A stretch of 64,000 nt of DNA from Eledone cirrhosa (Eukaryota), in the NCBI GenBank assembly GCA_964016885.1, contig OZ024740.1:355508001-355572000 (forward strand). The letters are read 5' to 3'. The notes under the pieces were generated by a model that worked only from the letters and a program-made list of their open reading frames with translations, was not told the origin of the DNA and searched no databases. How positions within the stretch are numbered: position 1 is the first letter of the stretch; each line of letters starts with the position of its first letter. The position numbers and the translations under genes are program-made. Shown piece by piece: positions 27,169-41,400 of the stretch.

Positions 27169-27866
27169 TATATATATATATATATATATGCACACACATA
27201 CATGTATGTTTTATCAATATTTATGCTATTAATTCTGGAAGTTTGAAGGATTAAGTTGTTCTCAGCCAGATTTGAACCAGTAACCTGGGTCTTTGAGGGC
27301 GTTTAGTGCTCTACTGTTTTTGCCCTATTTCTATGGTAATAATAACAATAATAATAACAACAACAACAATAATAATAACCAAAGAAAAGTGAAGTTTTAT
27401 TTTCATGATTAACTTATTGTACAATTAAGGAAAACCCATGACAGGCTACAGACAAGATTTTATGTGATTTACAAATAAAATAGTAATTATCTAGGTGTAT
27501 GTGTGAGTATGCATGTATATCATATATATATGCGCACACACACAAAAACAATTCAAACTTAACTTTAACTTAGTTATTATATTTTACAAAAAATACAATA
27601 AAATACACATACTTAAAAAAAAGACAAGCAGTTCAACAATTCTTAATAAAAATAAAAGATTAATTTTTTTCTTCAAGGCTTCATTGATTTAAAAATGAGA
27701 CAATGAATAACAGATGGTTATTGGTGTTCAACAACGAAACCATTAACATGACAACATTAACAGATACTCACACATAAGGTAGCATTAATTCTCAGTCTCA
27801 ACACTGTAGCATATTTTATAAATATATATTATATGTATGTATATGTATATATACAAACACACACAA

Positions 27867-27904
<38 letters not shown>

Positions 27905-28085
27905 GCGTGTGTCTGTATGTATATAGGAATTATAACAGAAGGTTAATTTCTAACACCAAAGAAGATATAACTAAATCAAAATTATCTTTTTCCCCACCCT
28001 CCCTTGTTGTTTTGGTATTTGTTGAAATTATTTTAGAAGTTGGTTAACTAATAAAATAAATACTGAAAAGAAATGTCTTTTACAA

Positions 28086-28342
28086 CTATTTGTTCTTATC
28101 AATTTCTTTTCTTTCAGGCATGGAATCAAACATTCGTAAAGTTCCAGAACTTGGTGGTCCAAAAGATGTAGATTCAACACCAGTGCTTGTTATGGTGGAG
28201 TTTTGGGCATTTCTAGCTGAACCAGAACTACCAGACAATGACCAGTAAAAGTGAAGAGAAACCAGAACAAAGAGCGCACTGCCAATGACTGTTCCATAGT
28301 TTGGGGAAACCATCAGAGTTTTCAACAATCCAAAAGTAATCA
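28086..28342 (-). CDS. Last coding exon of a membrane protein (hydrophobic segment plus Ser/Thr-rich tail)
   Basis: Acceptor tttctattttag at 28343; (x)ITFGLLKTLMVSPNYGTVIGSALFVLVSLHFYWSLSGSSG...KEIDKNK*; non-repetitive. A weak remembered resemblance to the TP53I11 C-terminus is unverified. Confidence 0.7.
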
Positions 28343-29940
28343 CTAAAATAGAAATAAACATAAAAACATTAGTAATATTTAATAAAATCAAATTAATTAT
28401 TGTAACATTTAACAAGAAATGTTTAATCCAACCATGAAATTCTGAGTAAAGATCTTTGAATTATTCAGGTCTCAGTGGAATCTGTTCTGATAGTCTAAGG
28501 AAAGTTTTGGTATACTAAATTTACCAAATATTATAGATTTTTGAAGCAAGCATTTCTAGCCAAACCTTGCATCATTTAGCATTTATCTTATTATTTTTTT
28601 TTATTTGATTTACATAAGATAAAATTAAATAAAAAAAAAATGAAAAGTGAAAACTATTGTTTTTAATATGTGTAATATTTTGGTAAGGCTATTTAGAGCA
28701 TAAACTGAAGAATTAGTAATTATTTAACTTCATTAGTCACAGAAAAATAGGAGACACATTTAGTAAATATAATTAAATGAGTGAGATGTATTTCAAGTAG
28801 ACTACTTATGGCATTACAGCTCTTAAGAGACAATTAAAATGGTTGGCACCAAGAAGTGCATCTGGCAATAAAACATCTGAAAAGGGGCTCTATGATGAGC
28901 ATGATTAAGCCTGTTGTGGCCCCTGCAAAGCTAAACCTGCCTTAGCAGAGAAAATGGGTTTAAAATGTTTGGTGCATATCTTTACATGTAAGAGAGTAGA
29001 TAACACCAGACATAAAAAACTTAAACAAATTTAATCATAGATAAATATCATTGATATCATAAACCAACAACAAAGATCAGTTATAAAATGCTTCAAATGT
29101 AAAATAAAAGTTACATTTAGTTATCAACACTTACTTTTGAAATGTCAAAACTGGGATTGCAAACAGTAACAATTTATTTTAAATGGTGGCATCGCACCAA
29201 AGATGAAGTTAAGAAAAGTACATCAAGAAACATATAATAAATTATTTAGAAATCTTAGATGTCTTTAAAAAGTGTAAGACTTCAATCACTAAAATACCAT
29301 ATTTGAGTTAGATGCTCATGTACTGGTAAACAATTATGAAAAGAGTTCAGAATATCATTAGAATTAACAATTTATTCAAGTATTCCCATCCAGATTAAGC
29401 CAACATTTTACCGGGGTTTTTTTTTTGGGGGGGGGGGGGGGTTATTGTATATTAGAATAGTTGTTTCAATGCAGGATTTCCACAGGTAATTGTGTAATAA
29501 ATAGTAAGAACACATTCTGACATAAGGCTTCTGGTGTATTTGAATGTATTGACCAGTGATTGTCAGAGAGTAAACATGGAAAAATTGAGCATAAATAATT
29601 AAAATATGTCTAGGACATAATCCAAGCAAATCGTTGTTTTAATGAACCTAAATTAATGCTTTGTATCCACTTGCCCAGTATTCCAGTTTTAAAAGGTTTA
29701 ACTATATTCCACAAGCCCAGTATTACAGTCTGCTATGTACTTCTGCTTACTACTATTTACACAGCTTTCTGTATAAATCAGCAATCTCTATTTCGTTGCT
29801 GCTTTAACATGAGTTCATGGTTTTTGTCAACGTCATAAATTCATTATTTTATTTTTTCAGGTTAAATTGCTGAATAACAATTTCTCAGTGACTTTTGTGC
29901 AAGCACCCAAAATTAGGAATTGTCTAAATAGCAAAGGGTC

Positions 29941-31298
29941 TGAAGTGACAAGGGATCAGACGAACACGATGCTTTTGAAACGATCGTTCGTTCCCCTATG
30001 AGCTTCAATCAACTCCTATGGCTGTGAGCAGGCATAAAACAATAGATTCCCCCCAAAACACAGCGCAGCCCAGTTCTATGTAGATTCCTTTCTTCATCCT
30101 TGAAGGGTCAGTGTTCATGCTAGTCATCTCTACAGGTGTTGCAGGCTATTTGGGATATGTGGTAGGTAGTAGGAGACTAGGATTATTACCCCATACTAAC
30201 CTCCCAGTTCAATTTGGCTGTCAGCTGCCGGCAAAACAATATTTTATTAGGAGGGTTTATATATTACTTTCTCTCAATGGACATTAATTGAACATCAGAA
30301 ATTAGAATTTAAAATTTTGATTGAAATGAAGAATACAAATCTAAGTAGAGAATATTTGATAATCTAAATCCACCGCAAGTAAATATTATCTAGTATCACA
30401 TGGATTGGTAATGAAATATACTTATTCAGAGACAGGAGAATTTATCAAGCCCCACCAACTTATGAACTTAAATTCTAAGGTTAATATTATTTTTACACAT
30501 TTGAAATTACAATTGGCCTTAAGATTGGAAAATGGAAATTAGTCATTATCATTTTTATTGAAGTAAACAAACATACACGCACACACATATATATACACAC
30601 ATACATATATATATATATATCTTAAAGTATGGAACGCGATAATTAGAACAAACATATAGTCTTAACAATGGAGATATAGTGAGAGAGGTAAGAATACTTA
30701 GTGAAAGAACTATATGTAAAACCAAGGTAAAAATACTCATACATACACACACATATATATATACACATAAATAAATATACATATATATATAGACATACAT
30801 ACATGTATAGACAACCATATATACAATAATACACATGCATATCTTGATTTTAAATACATTTATAGTCCAGTGAGAGATAAAGAATATAAAGGTAAAAAAT
30901 ATATGTAAAAATGAAGGTAAAGACATATATAAACAAATGCATATTGCAATATATTCATAGTCCAGTGGGAAAACCAGTCAACATTGTCCTTGTTAAGTGC
31001 ATATAAAGAACCAATTGACTATTCATAATAGGATGGAGTGAGGTGGGGGCCCCTCGTGCCAAATGTAGGAAAAATAAAAGGTTGTATGTTGTTTTTTGGT
31101 CCGTTTATTTAACTAGACAAAAGTTCTTTCATAATTTCCAGTCCATTCAGAAAGGAACCTACATAGAACAGGGCTGCTGTGGGTATTTTTTGGATGTATT
31201 GTTTTACACGTGCGCACAGCCGTAAGAGCTGACGAAGCTCATAGGGGAATGGATGATCGCTTCAAAAGCATCATGTTCATCCGTTCCCTTGTCACTTC
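29941..31298. repeat. Diverged inverted repeat pair, about 150-bp arms (29941-30092 / 31150-31298)
   Basis: gaagtgacaaggga...cagcccagttctatgtagattcctttct versus agaaaggaacctacatagaacagggctg...tcccttgtcacttc. Confidence 0.8.
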
Positions 31299-33195
31299 GA
31301 ACTTGGATTGCCTAATAAAAGTAACCTTATTATGTAAGAAGCTGTCTGATGGGATGATGGCATCAGATTTAACACGGAATTATGTAGCCTCTGCTGTCAT
31401 CAAAATATATATAACAGCCTTTCAATAAAGGAATTTAAACACCTAAACTACTTTGTATATCATTATTCGATAAATACTCCATCATTCCTATGCGGAAAAG
31501 TATGTTGAGTTCTTGAATGGAATTGCATCAATGTTTTATTGTATATATATATAAATTTAAATTGAAATAGTTGCCATTTCCTTTTACAGCAGTAACATTA
31601 GAGCTTGGTTAATTTATCAATGGAAAACCTTTCAACAAAACATTTTAGACCAATGCCCAACTAAGATGTTGCTAACCACAATACTTACATATTTCCCTCG
31701 AATCAATATAATTTCACATATTCTGATGTGGTTGGTGTTATGGAGGGCACCCAGCAATAGAAACTATGATAAAATGTATTGAAAGGACCTTTCAATTACA
31801 GTATGACAACCTCTCTAGTGTAGAAGTCACAGAAAATGCAAATGGTACATCCTATAAATTGGTTGGCAATAGGAAGGGCAACCTTTTAAAATGACGAGTT
31901 GAGAGAACTCTTCAATTGTGTTTAAGCCATAACAGCCTCCCTAGTGCTGGTGTCATAATGAAATGTACCCAGTGCATTCTGTAAAGTGCAGGAATATACG
32001 TAAGCAAGATGCACCCCACCTTTCTGGTTCATCTGAGAGGTCAGAGGCTCCCCTGTGATGACCTCTTCAATCCCTTGCTAGCAGGGAAAATGGATATTAA
32101 ATGATGATGATGATGATATTTGGAACATGACAACAAAAAGGAAAAAGAAAGTGAAAGCTGTAGTTGAAGAATTGGAGAATATATAATTTGATCTCTTCTA
32201 AAACCTGATAGATGTCTAAATATCTGAAATGAATTGTTAAGGTTACAATTATTTATATGATTAACTTTGAATGGATGAAAGGCAAAGTTGACCTCAGAAA
32301 GATTTGGTTTCAGGACAGTGAACCAGAACAAATACTGAAACAATTATTCTGCCACTGACTCTGCCTTTATTGGCAATCAGACTGAACAAAATATAGTATA
32401 GATGTAGATATCTAAAATTTCCATAAATAAAGTTAATTAAGTACCAATCCAGTACTGGAAGGAATCACCTCTTCACTTATATATATAAGTATCTCTCTCT
32501 GGAAGCAATCGGTTATGTCTAGACCTGGAGAAGGATGGGCTCTGCCAGATTTAAAATGCTCAAGACGTCATCAGGAATTAGAGGCCCTTTCTTTCAACTC
32601 CAATTGTTCATGTCTTTGGGTATGTACAAAGTTCTAATTTCCTAATCAATCAGAATATTATTACCTTTAGTTTACTAGTTTAAATCCAGTCTGGTACTAT
32701 GTACAGACATAGGAATAAAATTATTAATGATGTTTGGAGTTTAAACTGATTGAAAAGTACTTTAGATGTAAACAGAGAAAACCATTTCATGTATAAAGCA
32801 GTTGTTAACAATCGGAAAAGATTTAATCTTAAAAATCTGATAGACTTCCAAATTTGTATTAAACAAATTTAAAGATCAGGATAGACGACATTCAGAATGA
32901 ATAAATAAAAACAGTTTAAAAGTAAACAGAATTAGCTATAACCAACTAAATAACCATTGTTTCTTGGTGGTTTGTTATCTAAGTCTTATACAGGAAAACA
33001 TGAGGAGAAAAAATAAAAGCATAGTTGCACAGCAAAGTACAAGAGAATAGTATAAGTACTTGTTTTCAGAAGATTAATTAAAGAAAAAATGAGACGTCAC
33101 AAAAATACTAGAAAACTTGAACCATAAAACAAAATGTGAGTAGCATTAAATAACGGGAGACTATCATAAAACAATTTGAGAGGTTTGTTTGTAAT

Positions 33196-33400
33196 AATTA
33201 TTTCTACTTTAGGCATAAGGCCAGAAATTTTGGGGGAGGCGAAAGTCGATTAAATCAAACCCAGTGCTTTATTTTATGGACCACATAAGGATGAAAGGCA
33301 AAGCTAACCTCAGCAGGATTTGAACTCAGAATATAAAGGGACATACCTCTATACTGCAAAGCATGACTGATGCTCTACCGATACTGCAAATCCACCACCC
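33196..33400 (-). mobile_element. SINE family A with TSD tttgtaataa
   Basis: Full length, TSD visible. Confidence 0.85.
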
Positions 33401-33446
33401 TAATTTGTAATAAGAGTACAGCAAAACAACTCAGGAATGAATGAAT

Positions 33447-33480
<34 letters not shown>

Positions 33481-36441
33481 TCACATATAAGTTTTGCTAA
33501 TAGAAAATACATGCTTTTACAAATATTCTATGAAACTGGGAGATTATTTTAGTATATTAATAACACCATGTAATATATGGCAGTGTATCTGCCCAAATTC
33601 CATGCCACATCTGATATGGAAAATACAAGTTAAAGTCGGGGCTTAGCAATTATCTAAGACCCCATGGCAGAAAAACTTACACCTGACACAAGCTGGTGAT
33701 TGTGACAAGAAAGTGATTTGGCTTAGATTTAAGTTAAAGATTGCACTACTACTATATATATACACACACACACATGAATATATATATATATATCATCATC
33801 GTTAACATTTGAGATCCACTTTTCCTGATAGTAAGGGTTGGAAGGGTCAACATAGACAAAGTCAGTGATAAAGCGGTCATATCAAGTGCAGAAGAGAAGT
33901 TGTGTCTTCTGACACAAACTGAAGTGTCACCTTAACCCCTTATTTGGCAAGCTGTGTACTGGGTAGTTTTATTGTGTAAATCACCAGCACTAGAGAGGCT
34001 GTCATGTCATTGACAACTAAAGGGTCCTCCTAAACCTTTGTTTAGAAAGCTTGCTACAGCTGGATGCACTTCCTATCACCAACCACTTTACAGCATGTAC
34101 TGGGTGTGTTTATTGCATAGATCACCAACACTAGAGAGGTTGTTATGTCTTTGACACAACTAAAGTGTCCTCTCAACCCTTTTAGGCATATATATATATA
34201 TAATCATCATCATCATTACCACTGTTTAACATCTATTTTTCCATGCTCGCATGGGTTAGACGAGTTATCCTGTTGTAAGCAATGCCAGGTCAGGCGACCA
34301 TGTCTTGCTCACAAAGAACTGTATATATATATATATATTATATATATAAGGCAAAGTTGACCATGGTGGGATATGATCTCAGTCTGCAGAGAGCCAGAAG
34401 AAATATCGCAATCTATTTAATCTAATACACTAAAGATTCAGTGAACTCCTTGCTTGGGAATACAGAGACATAGTGTTTATGAAAACAAGATTAACAACAT
34501 CATAAAACTAAAAGTGAAGCAGTAATGTGATATGTTCTTTCATTGAGCCTAACTGCACTAATACTCTCATTTTGTTTATAGTTTTGTTTCTTTTCAAACT
34601 TATGCTTTTAGTCATACATTGTTTACAATCAGAGAGAAAAAATACATTAAAAATGTTCATAACATTACTTGAAATAAGTTTAAATGCTTAGATTTAAATG
34701 ACAACAATAGTTTTCTAGAGTTGAATATAAACAATAAAAAACTTGCATTGTCCATTATCTTCTACTTCAATTCTTTGAATTCTTCCTAAAAAGAAGGGAT
34801 TGGTTTCTAACAAAGAAACAATGCTTCATGTATGTTTGCATGTGTATATATATTACATACACAACAAACCTGCTCAAACACAATGTAAGTATTTATATAT
34901 TTTGACATTAATAAAAATAAAAAATAAAAATTTTAAATACTTTTAGAACTACAGGTCTTAAAACCAGTTGCATAGTTTTGGCTTATATCTTGAGATGACA
35001 TATTCCCACGTGCCATTACATACATAAACACACACATATATGTGAAATTTTAAATGTAGACATCCCAGTGCAAATGAATGCAATAATAGTTGGGAAAAAG
35101 AGTGACTGATTATTATTATGGTCATTTGCATTGGGAAGCCTACATTTAATATTTTTCCAATGCTGGTTGTTTTATATATATATTAGAAAAAATAAGGAAG
35201 ATTCATTTACATGTATATAATATTTATAGTGTATCCGCGCATTTCACAGAGGATTGGCCCAAGGTCACCCATAGGAGTTATGGACCTGACTCCACTATCG
35301 ATCTGCACTTCAGATTGGCGATGTGACAAAAAAATATATTTTGTATATATATCTTGCCTCAAGTAGGACAAACCTGTCCAACCCATGCTGGCACGGAAAA
35401 TGGATGTTAAACGATGATATATATATATATGCTCGGTAAACACAGATCTGTGCTGAGGGTTCTGGTATACTCCATCTTCGAATGCAGGAAATCAATGTCT
35501 CATCCGGTAAAGAAATAACTTTGTAGGTGTTCTGCCCCCTTCTACTGTGACACCACAGCTACTCAGGACCACCTGCACAATCTTAGGTGAGTCTCATGTG
35601 ACACTATCCACCGCAGAATATCAAAACAGCACAAAATTTGACGAGTCTAGTGTTGTGACTGAGTGAAACGTCTCCATATATCTATCTTTCTATCTATTTG
35701 TGTGTATATATATGTTTATATATATTTATATACATTCGTCTTTAACCTGTCTGTATTTTCGTTGCTGTAGTATTAATGTGGCAACATGCCTCTGGTCGCA
35801 TTATTCATTGTATCACTATTACCTAACTACTTCTGTTCACTCTGAAGAGAAATTTATTAATGACTATCATCAAGTGCTTTGTGGCAGTCTTCAAAGATTG
35901 AGGCTAATCTGCTACTTGCAACTGCAACTTCGATTATACTCATTACTATTACATATACACACACACACACATATATAAATTTACTCTTGAAACTATGATA
36001 TCTCAGGCTGTAGCCATTAGAAACACATCTATTCTCTAATTTGGTGTCATTTTAGCCCGTTTCTTATTTCAACCTTATTCCTTTCTTCTCTTACTCTCCT
36101 TTGATAAAAGATTTAACTTGAAACATCAAAACCTTTTCTTTTCTTTCAATTTAGCATAAATATTTGCATTGTACTCCTATTTCTGACTTTTTGTTTACTT
36201 TGTTTTAAACTCTTATGCTGTTCAATCATCTTTTCCCTCGTTCTATTTGTTTTCTTTTTACCTATTCTTGCCGTGTGCACTCCAGTTTTTAAAATAGGTA
36301 CACATTACTCATACATGGTATAAGAGGTGACTAAAAATGTTGGCACCAGGAAGGGCATCTGGCAGTAAAAAAGTGTCTCACAACTCTCCATCAGTCCATG
36401 ACAGCATGGAAAAGTGGATGTAAAACCAGTGATGATGATAA

Positions 36442-36983
36442 ATACTGCATATACCCTGTAAAAATCGAATTTTTTAGACCATTTTTTAAAGTTTATGTGG
36501 TCGACTATTATGGATATTACTTTTGAGGGGCTTGAAATTCAAGGTAGAATCAAAAGTACCATATCAGTAGCAGAAGCCCAACTGATTTATAAACAAATAT
36601 AAACAAAAACAACGAATTGCAGTAATATTACTGATTCTAAGCATCGAAACACACGTTCTAGTAAATGACAAAATCCATAAACAAGGCCATGTAGCTCTTA
36701 TAAATATTTACACTTGCACTTTTACTAGTATCCATCAAACTTAACTTTCACGTTTGGGTAAATTTTAAGTTTCAGACATGTATTTGCAATAATATAAATT
36801 TTGTCTTAAATTCATGATTTTGTAACAGTGTTATTTCAACGTACATGAGACACTGGCCAACAAATGTCGATCAGTTATCTGTGAAATACTAGGGTTGACT
36901 TTTATATGAGGTCTATAGAAAATTCCAGATTTATTGGTAAAAAATAGGGGATTGACTTTTACATGAGATCAACTACTACTCGA

Positions 36984-36990
<7 letters not shown>
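36442..36990. mobile_element. Tc1/pogo-like MITE
   Basis: Termini tactgcatataccctgtaaaaatcga and tcaactactactcgagtatata, with subterminal gttgacttttat repeats. Confidence 0.55.
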
Positions 36991-37030
<40 letters not shown>

Positions 37031-37254
37031 TATTAAAGTCTGCCTCAAGAGCTTATCGTGGTTTCACAAGGCAGTGATTTTCTGTGTAATATGCAAATTA
37101 TGGCCTTTTCTCAGCTGATTTGACTCACTTCGTTTTTGTATTTATTTTGCAAGATTTTTTAAATCAGAAAACACATGTTGAAACACATATTGTTATACAT
37201 TGGAAAGTTGTGTTGGTGCCACACCATCCAGGCCGAAACAAATGAGATCGTGTA

Positions 37255-37478
37255 GGTGTCACGACAAAAAAACACACAGTCCACGCTGTAATGTGGCCGT
37301 GTAGGCAACACGGTAAAAACCTCCCAGACCCACACTGTAAATGTGGTTGGTGTTAGGAAGGGCATCCAACTGTAGAAAACCTGCCAGACAGTCCTATGCG
37401 AGCAAGACAATCACTCTTGCCTCAAGTGGGACTACCCCCGTCCAAACCCATGCAAGCGTGGAACACGGACGTTAAACG

Positions 37479-37507
<29 letters not shown>
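37255..37507 (+). mobile_element. RTE-tailed SINE 3' part with (GAT)n tail
   Basis: ggttggtgttaggaagggcatcc...cccatgcaagcgtggaacacggacgttaaacg(tga)n. Confidence 0.75.
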
Positions 37508-37509
<2 letters not shown>

Positions 37510-38455
37510 GAGGGTCATGCTACCAATTAAAAACACACGCACTTGGATTTCCCTTCAATTTATTATAATTTCCCAATCGGTTAGTTTAATAACCATATGG
37601 TTGTTTAGTTGTTGATTGTCATCAAAGGTCTTTCATCACACATTCTGTGACCTCATTAGTGACTACTTTTGTTGTTTGTCTCTCTTTGTTCTGTCCTACA
37701 CCATCTTGTTTTTGTTAACTGTGTACTTGGACTCAAGAATGACTATTCAATATCATAGTAGATATTAATATATTCTTTATTAAGGTCTTGTTGCTGTGGA
37801 GTTTCTCCTCTGTACTCATAGGATCACCATGGTAATAATAAAGAATATACACACACACATATATATAAAAGATAAGTTTAATGTAGGTACAACAGTGAAA
37901 ACATAAATGTGAAAAACATTTTGTTACTCTCCTTGTACACAGAAAAACAAGAGATTGTAGTTACACGTTTCCATCTATGAAGAAAATTTATAATCAAACA
38001 GCATTTATATTGAAGACAAATCAGAAAACTTAACTGAAATGTTCAGCTTAATTTATATGATCTGCATTCACTGGTGACAATATATTAAATAATAAATATT
38101 TATATAGAACATGTTCAATGTGAAAAACAAAACAAAAAGAATTTACAATATTCATTTACTTATAAAGTGTCTTTTCTTTATTGTCTTAGAGAAGTATGTA
38201 TGTGTGGAGCATATTTCTGTAGAGTGTGTATAGGTACTACTAATATAGAAATGATTTTCTCTTTTAGAAAATTTGCAGAAAAGCTAATTCAATTTGAAAC
38301 CAATAAAACAGCAAGATTCAAATATCTTTTATTGGCGACATTAATAATCCTCAAAGGTTTGTCAGCTTTTAGTGCTGGCATTAAGTTTACCATGTAATAT
38401 TCTATTATCAGTCTGCCAACATCTGTTATTGTGTAGACAAAGATTAAATTCTCAT

Positions 38456-38600
38456 ACTTCTGCTACTGCTGCCACTACTATTTCAACTGCTGCTGCTGTT
38501 ACTACTACCACTACTGCTGCTGCTGTTACTACTACCACTACTGCTGCTGATGCTACTACCACTACTGCCACAACTACTACCACTGCTGCTACCACTGTTA
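38456..38600. repeat. Degenerate (ACT/GCT/ACC) trinucleotide repeat
   Basis: Directly visible. Confidence 0.85.
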
Positions 38601-39082
38601 CCGACGAAGAAGATAGGGCCAGTGGTGTGACATACAAACAGAAAAATGGGTATTATGTTTCTTTTTCAATTCTGTAAAGAATATCCGAATTTTAACATAC
38701 ACTGCAATATATATATATACATATATATATATGACTAACATTCGTTATGTTGGGACATTCTTCTTTTCCAAAAAGCATGAAACTAATAATTCTTTGTGTA
38801 ATTAGCAGCCTCCAGTGAATCAGAGTGGTCAGTAGCTTTGATTAAGTACTGATTTCGTCTGAAACGACCTGTCCAACCCTTGCTAGCAGGGAATACAGGC
38901 AATGAATGATGATGATGATGATGATATATATATATATATACATATAGTTGCAGAATAATGTTGCTTATAAGTAGTTAAGTCATATCTTGAGGATAAGCTG
39001 GTCCGAGCGATTCCAAAGCGCTTCACGTCAATAGTTTAGCCCAGGTAAGAGTTGGTGATTAAGAGTCACGGAGTATTCATTT

Positions 39083-39300
39083 ATCAAATAAGAGTAGTTA
39101 AGATGGGATTATTTCACCATAATTGCTTTATTGCATGATATATATTTCTGTTACATGCATAACCATCTAACAGAAATATATATCATGTAATAAACAATTA
39201 TGGCGAAATAATCCTGTCTTAACCCTTGCAAGTCCCACCCTTGAAAGCAGGGAAAAGCGGACGTAAAATGAAATGAAATGATTAACTACTCTTATTTGAT
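39083..39300. repeat. Short palindrome interrupted by a retroposon 3' stub
   Basis: atcaaataagagtagttaa/ttaactactcttatttgat; insert 39224-39281 flanked by ttaac. Confidence 0.8.
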
Positions 39301-39313
39301 TATATATATATAT

Positions 39314-39821
39314 AAACAAATAGTAGAGAGGAAAAAGATTTTTTCAGTAGAAAATGCTGAAGAGATTATTTCAGTATAATATCAAAATATTTATTTATAA
39401 AGTGGATATTTACACATTTAATAATACCAGTTTCATCATTATATGCTTTTTCAACTGTGGATATGCATAATGTAGTTATGTTGCATATCTATACGAATAA
39501 TAAAGAGAAAGAAGGACAAACACGGACAGAGATATGAACTTTCCTCTCTAAATATGTAAAACTCTAAATATGTAAAAACTAATAATTTTTCTTCCCCTTT
39601 TTATTATTATTCGTATAAACATGCAACATAACTACATTATACATATCTGCAGTTCAAAAAGCATATAATGCTGAAACCGGTACCATTATTAAATGCGGAA
39701 ATATCCACTTTATAAATAAATGTTTTGATATTATATTGAAAGAATCTCTTCAGCATTTTCTACTGAAAAAATCTTTTTTGTCTCTACTATTTGTTTTTAT
39801 ATATATCAACTCGTGTGTTAC
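39314..39821 (+). mobile_element. Foldback Penelope-type element with degenerate hammerhead in each arm
   Basis: About 190-bp inverted arms; consensus TTGAAAA-agcat/atgct-GAAACcgGTA; one-sided tail caactcgtgtgttac; (TA)n flanks. Confidence 0.7.
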
Positions 39822-40339
39822 TTTCCTTCATTACATATATATATATCATTGTCATCATTTATTGTCTGTATTCTCTGCATGCATTTCTTTATTGTTACAG
39901 TTCATCACCACTCACTCACATATACCCAGATGCTAAGGTATGAGACAATATTGTCTTATAAATTTTGTAAACAAACTTCTTGATGAAGGCTTATTTTCAT
40001 ATGTTGCAAGCAAAACTAAATGTTTGTTTATCATACATAGAAATATTATATATGGGTTCATATACACCTTTATTCTGAATCATACTGTGTTTGTGTTGTT
40101 TCTAACTTATACTAACTAGTCAGACATTAGAATTGTAGGCTGTGGACAAACTGATTTCAGTTTCCAGTTGAGATATTTATCAAGAAGAGGTTATTATAAT
40201 CAATATTGTCAATAATGCATGGCCATCACACATGACATTTATTTTCTTAAAAGTGGAAACTATATAGAAAAGAATATGGATAAGAAAGCCACCAGTTAAT
40301 TCACTCAAACACACTGACATGACAGCATTGTCATAACAA

Positions 40340-40470
40340 TCTACATCAATAAGTGTTTACTGTTATATTTCACCAGTTCTTGTACAAACTATAAAGTCAA
40401 GCAGCGTAGAGCACAGTTAGTACTGAGATGGGTGATAACTTAGGAAGTCTAGGTGCTACAAAATTCTTTT
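40340..40470 (+). pseudogene. Degenerate 5S rRNA copy (pseudogene or 5S-derived retroposon head)
   Basis: caccagttcttgt...aagtcaagcagcgtagagcacagttagtactgagatgggtga...ggaagtctaggtgct...tttt is colinear with metazoan 5S box A/box C and the 3' end. Confidence 0.72.
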
Positions 40471-41219
40471 ATGAGCCATCAATGGATCTATGTTGTCACT
40501 AGACCTGTAAGAAATGGGAACCAAATCTCCTTCAAATTACACATTACAATTTGTTAATTCCCTTAAGTTAGTAAATTTTTTAACAAATGAATGAAACTTT
40601 GCTGTCAGGTTGCCTTTGAGCACTATTGGTAACATGTAATCCAGTACAACTTGTTGCATGGTTGGGTTGTTGATGAGTTAACTGGCAATCCAATCATGCC
40701 GGCTTAGTGTAGGTGTTTTTTGGACAGCCTGTGGGATGAAAAGCAAAACCCATCAAAGAGCAGAGGAACTCATGAGAATCAAAGGCCATTCAATAGTGTG
40801 TATATATGTTTGTACATATATGATTAAGTACCTTGTTGTGGTGAAGTCGCTGGTGTGTTCTTTTGATCCAGAGGGCTATACTGGCAGTAATCTAACTCCT
40901 GGTAAGTTCAACTATGCTAGATAGGCTGAAGGGTAGGAACCAGACTAAGCCTTCATCAATAGAGGAGTAAACCTCACTGGCAAAAGGATCCCACCATAGG
41001 ACATATGACATCAGCAGAAGAACTAGAGTTAAATCAAGGGTGATTCATATTTGATGCTAAGTAAAAGAATATCATATCAATGGTTAGGATCAAAAGATTT
41101 CATTTAGTGACAGACTACAGAATGCATTGATGAGTAGCATCAGATGCATGTATCAATGCACAATTGAAACTCATTACAAGCAACCTGGAAGTCAGCCTAA
41201 ATAGATAGACATTGTATGG

Positions 41220-41400
41220 AATGGACCTCCATCAGTTTCGACGCTGAATATTCCAGTTGTTTGATCAATGGTATAGCCTGCTTGTGAAATTAATATGTAT
41301 GTAGCTGAGTATTACACAAGCATGTACCCTTAATGTAATTTTCAGGGAGATTCAGTCTCAGTGAGTGATATGGTTGACCCTTAGAATTACAAATACAGTT
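41220..41400. mobile_element. Dispersed repeat (SINE-associated); other copies near 58245-58430 and 16850-17040
   Basis: Shared ttccag.tgtttgatcaatgg...gaaattaa...gtagctgag...gagattcag. Confidence 0.65.

Noticed and set aside
32500-32580. Minus-strand CTGATGA hammerhead
   Set aside because: The GAAA element is absent or decayed and stem I cannot be formed.
34740-34786. Candidate exon RIQRIEVEDNGQ
   Set aside because: Needs a GC donor and lies beside an R4 3' UTR-like remnant; insufficient support.
38372-38677. Thr/Ala-rich mucin-like ORF
   Set aside because: Trinucleotide repeat without convincing splice context.
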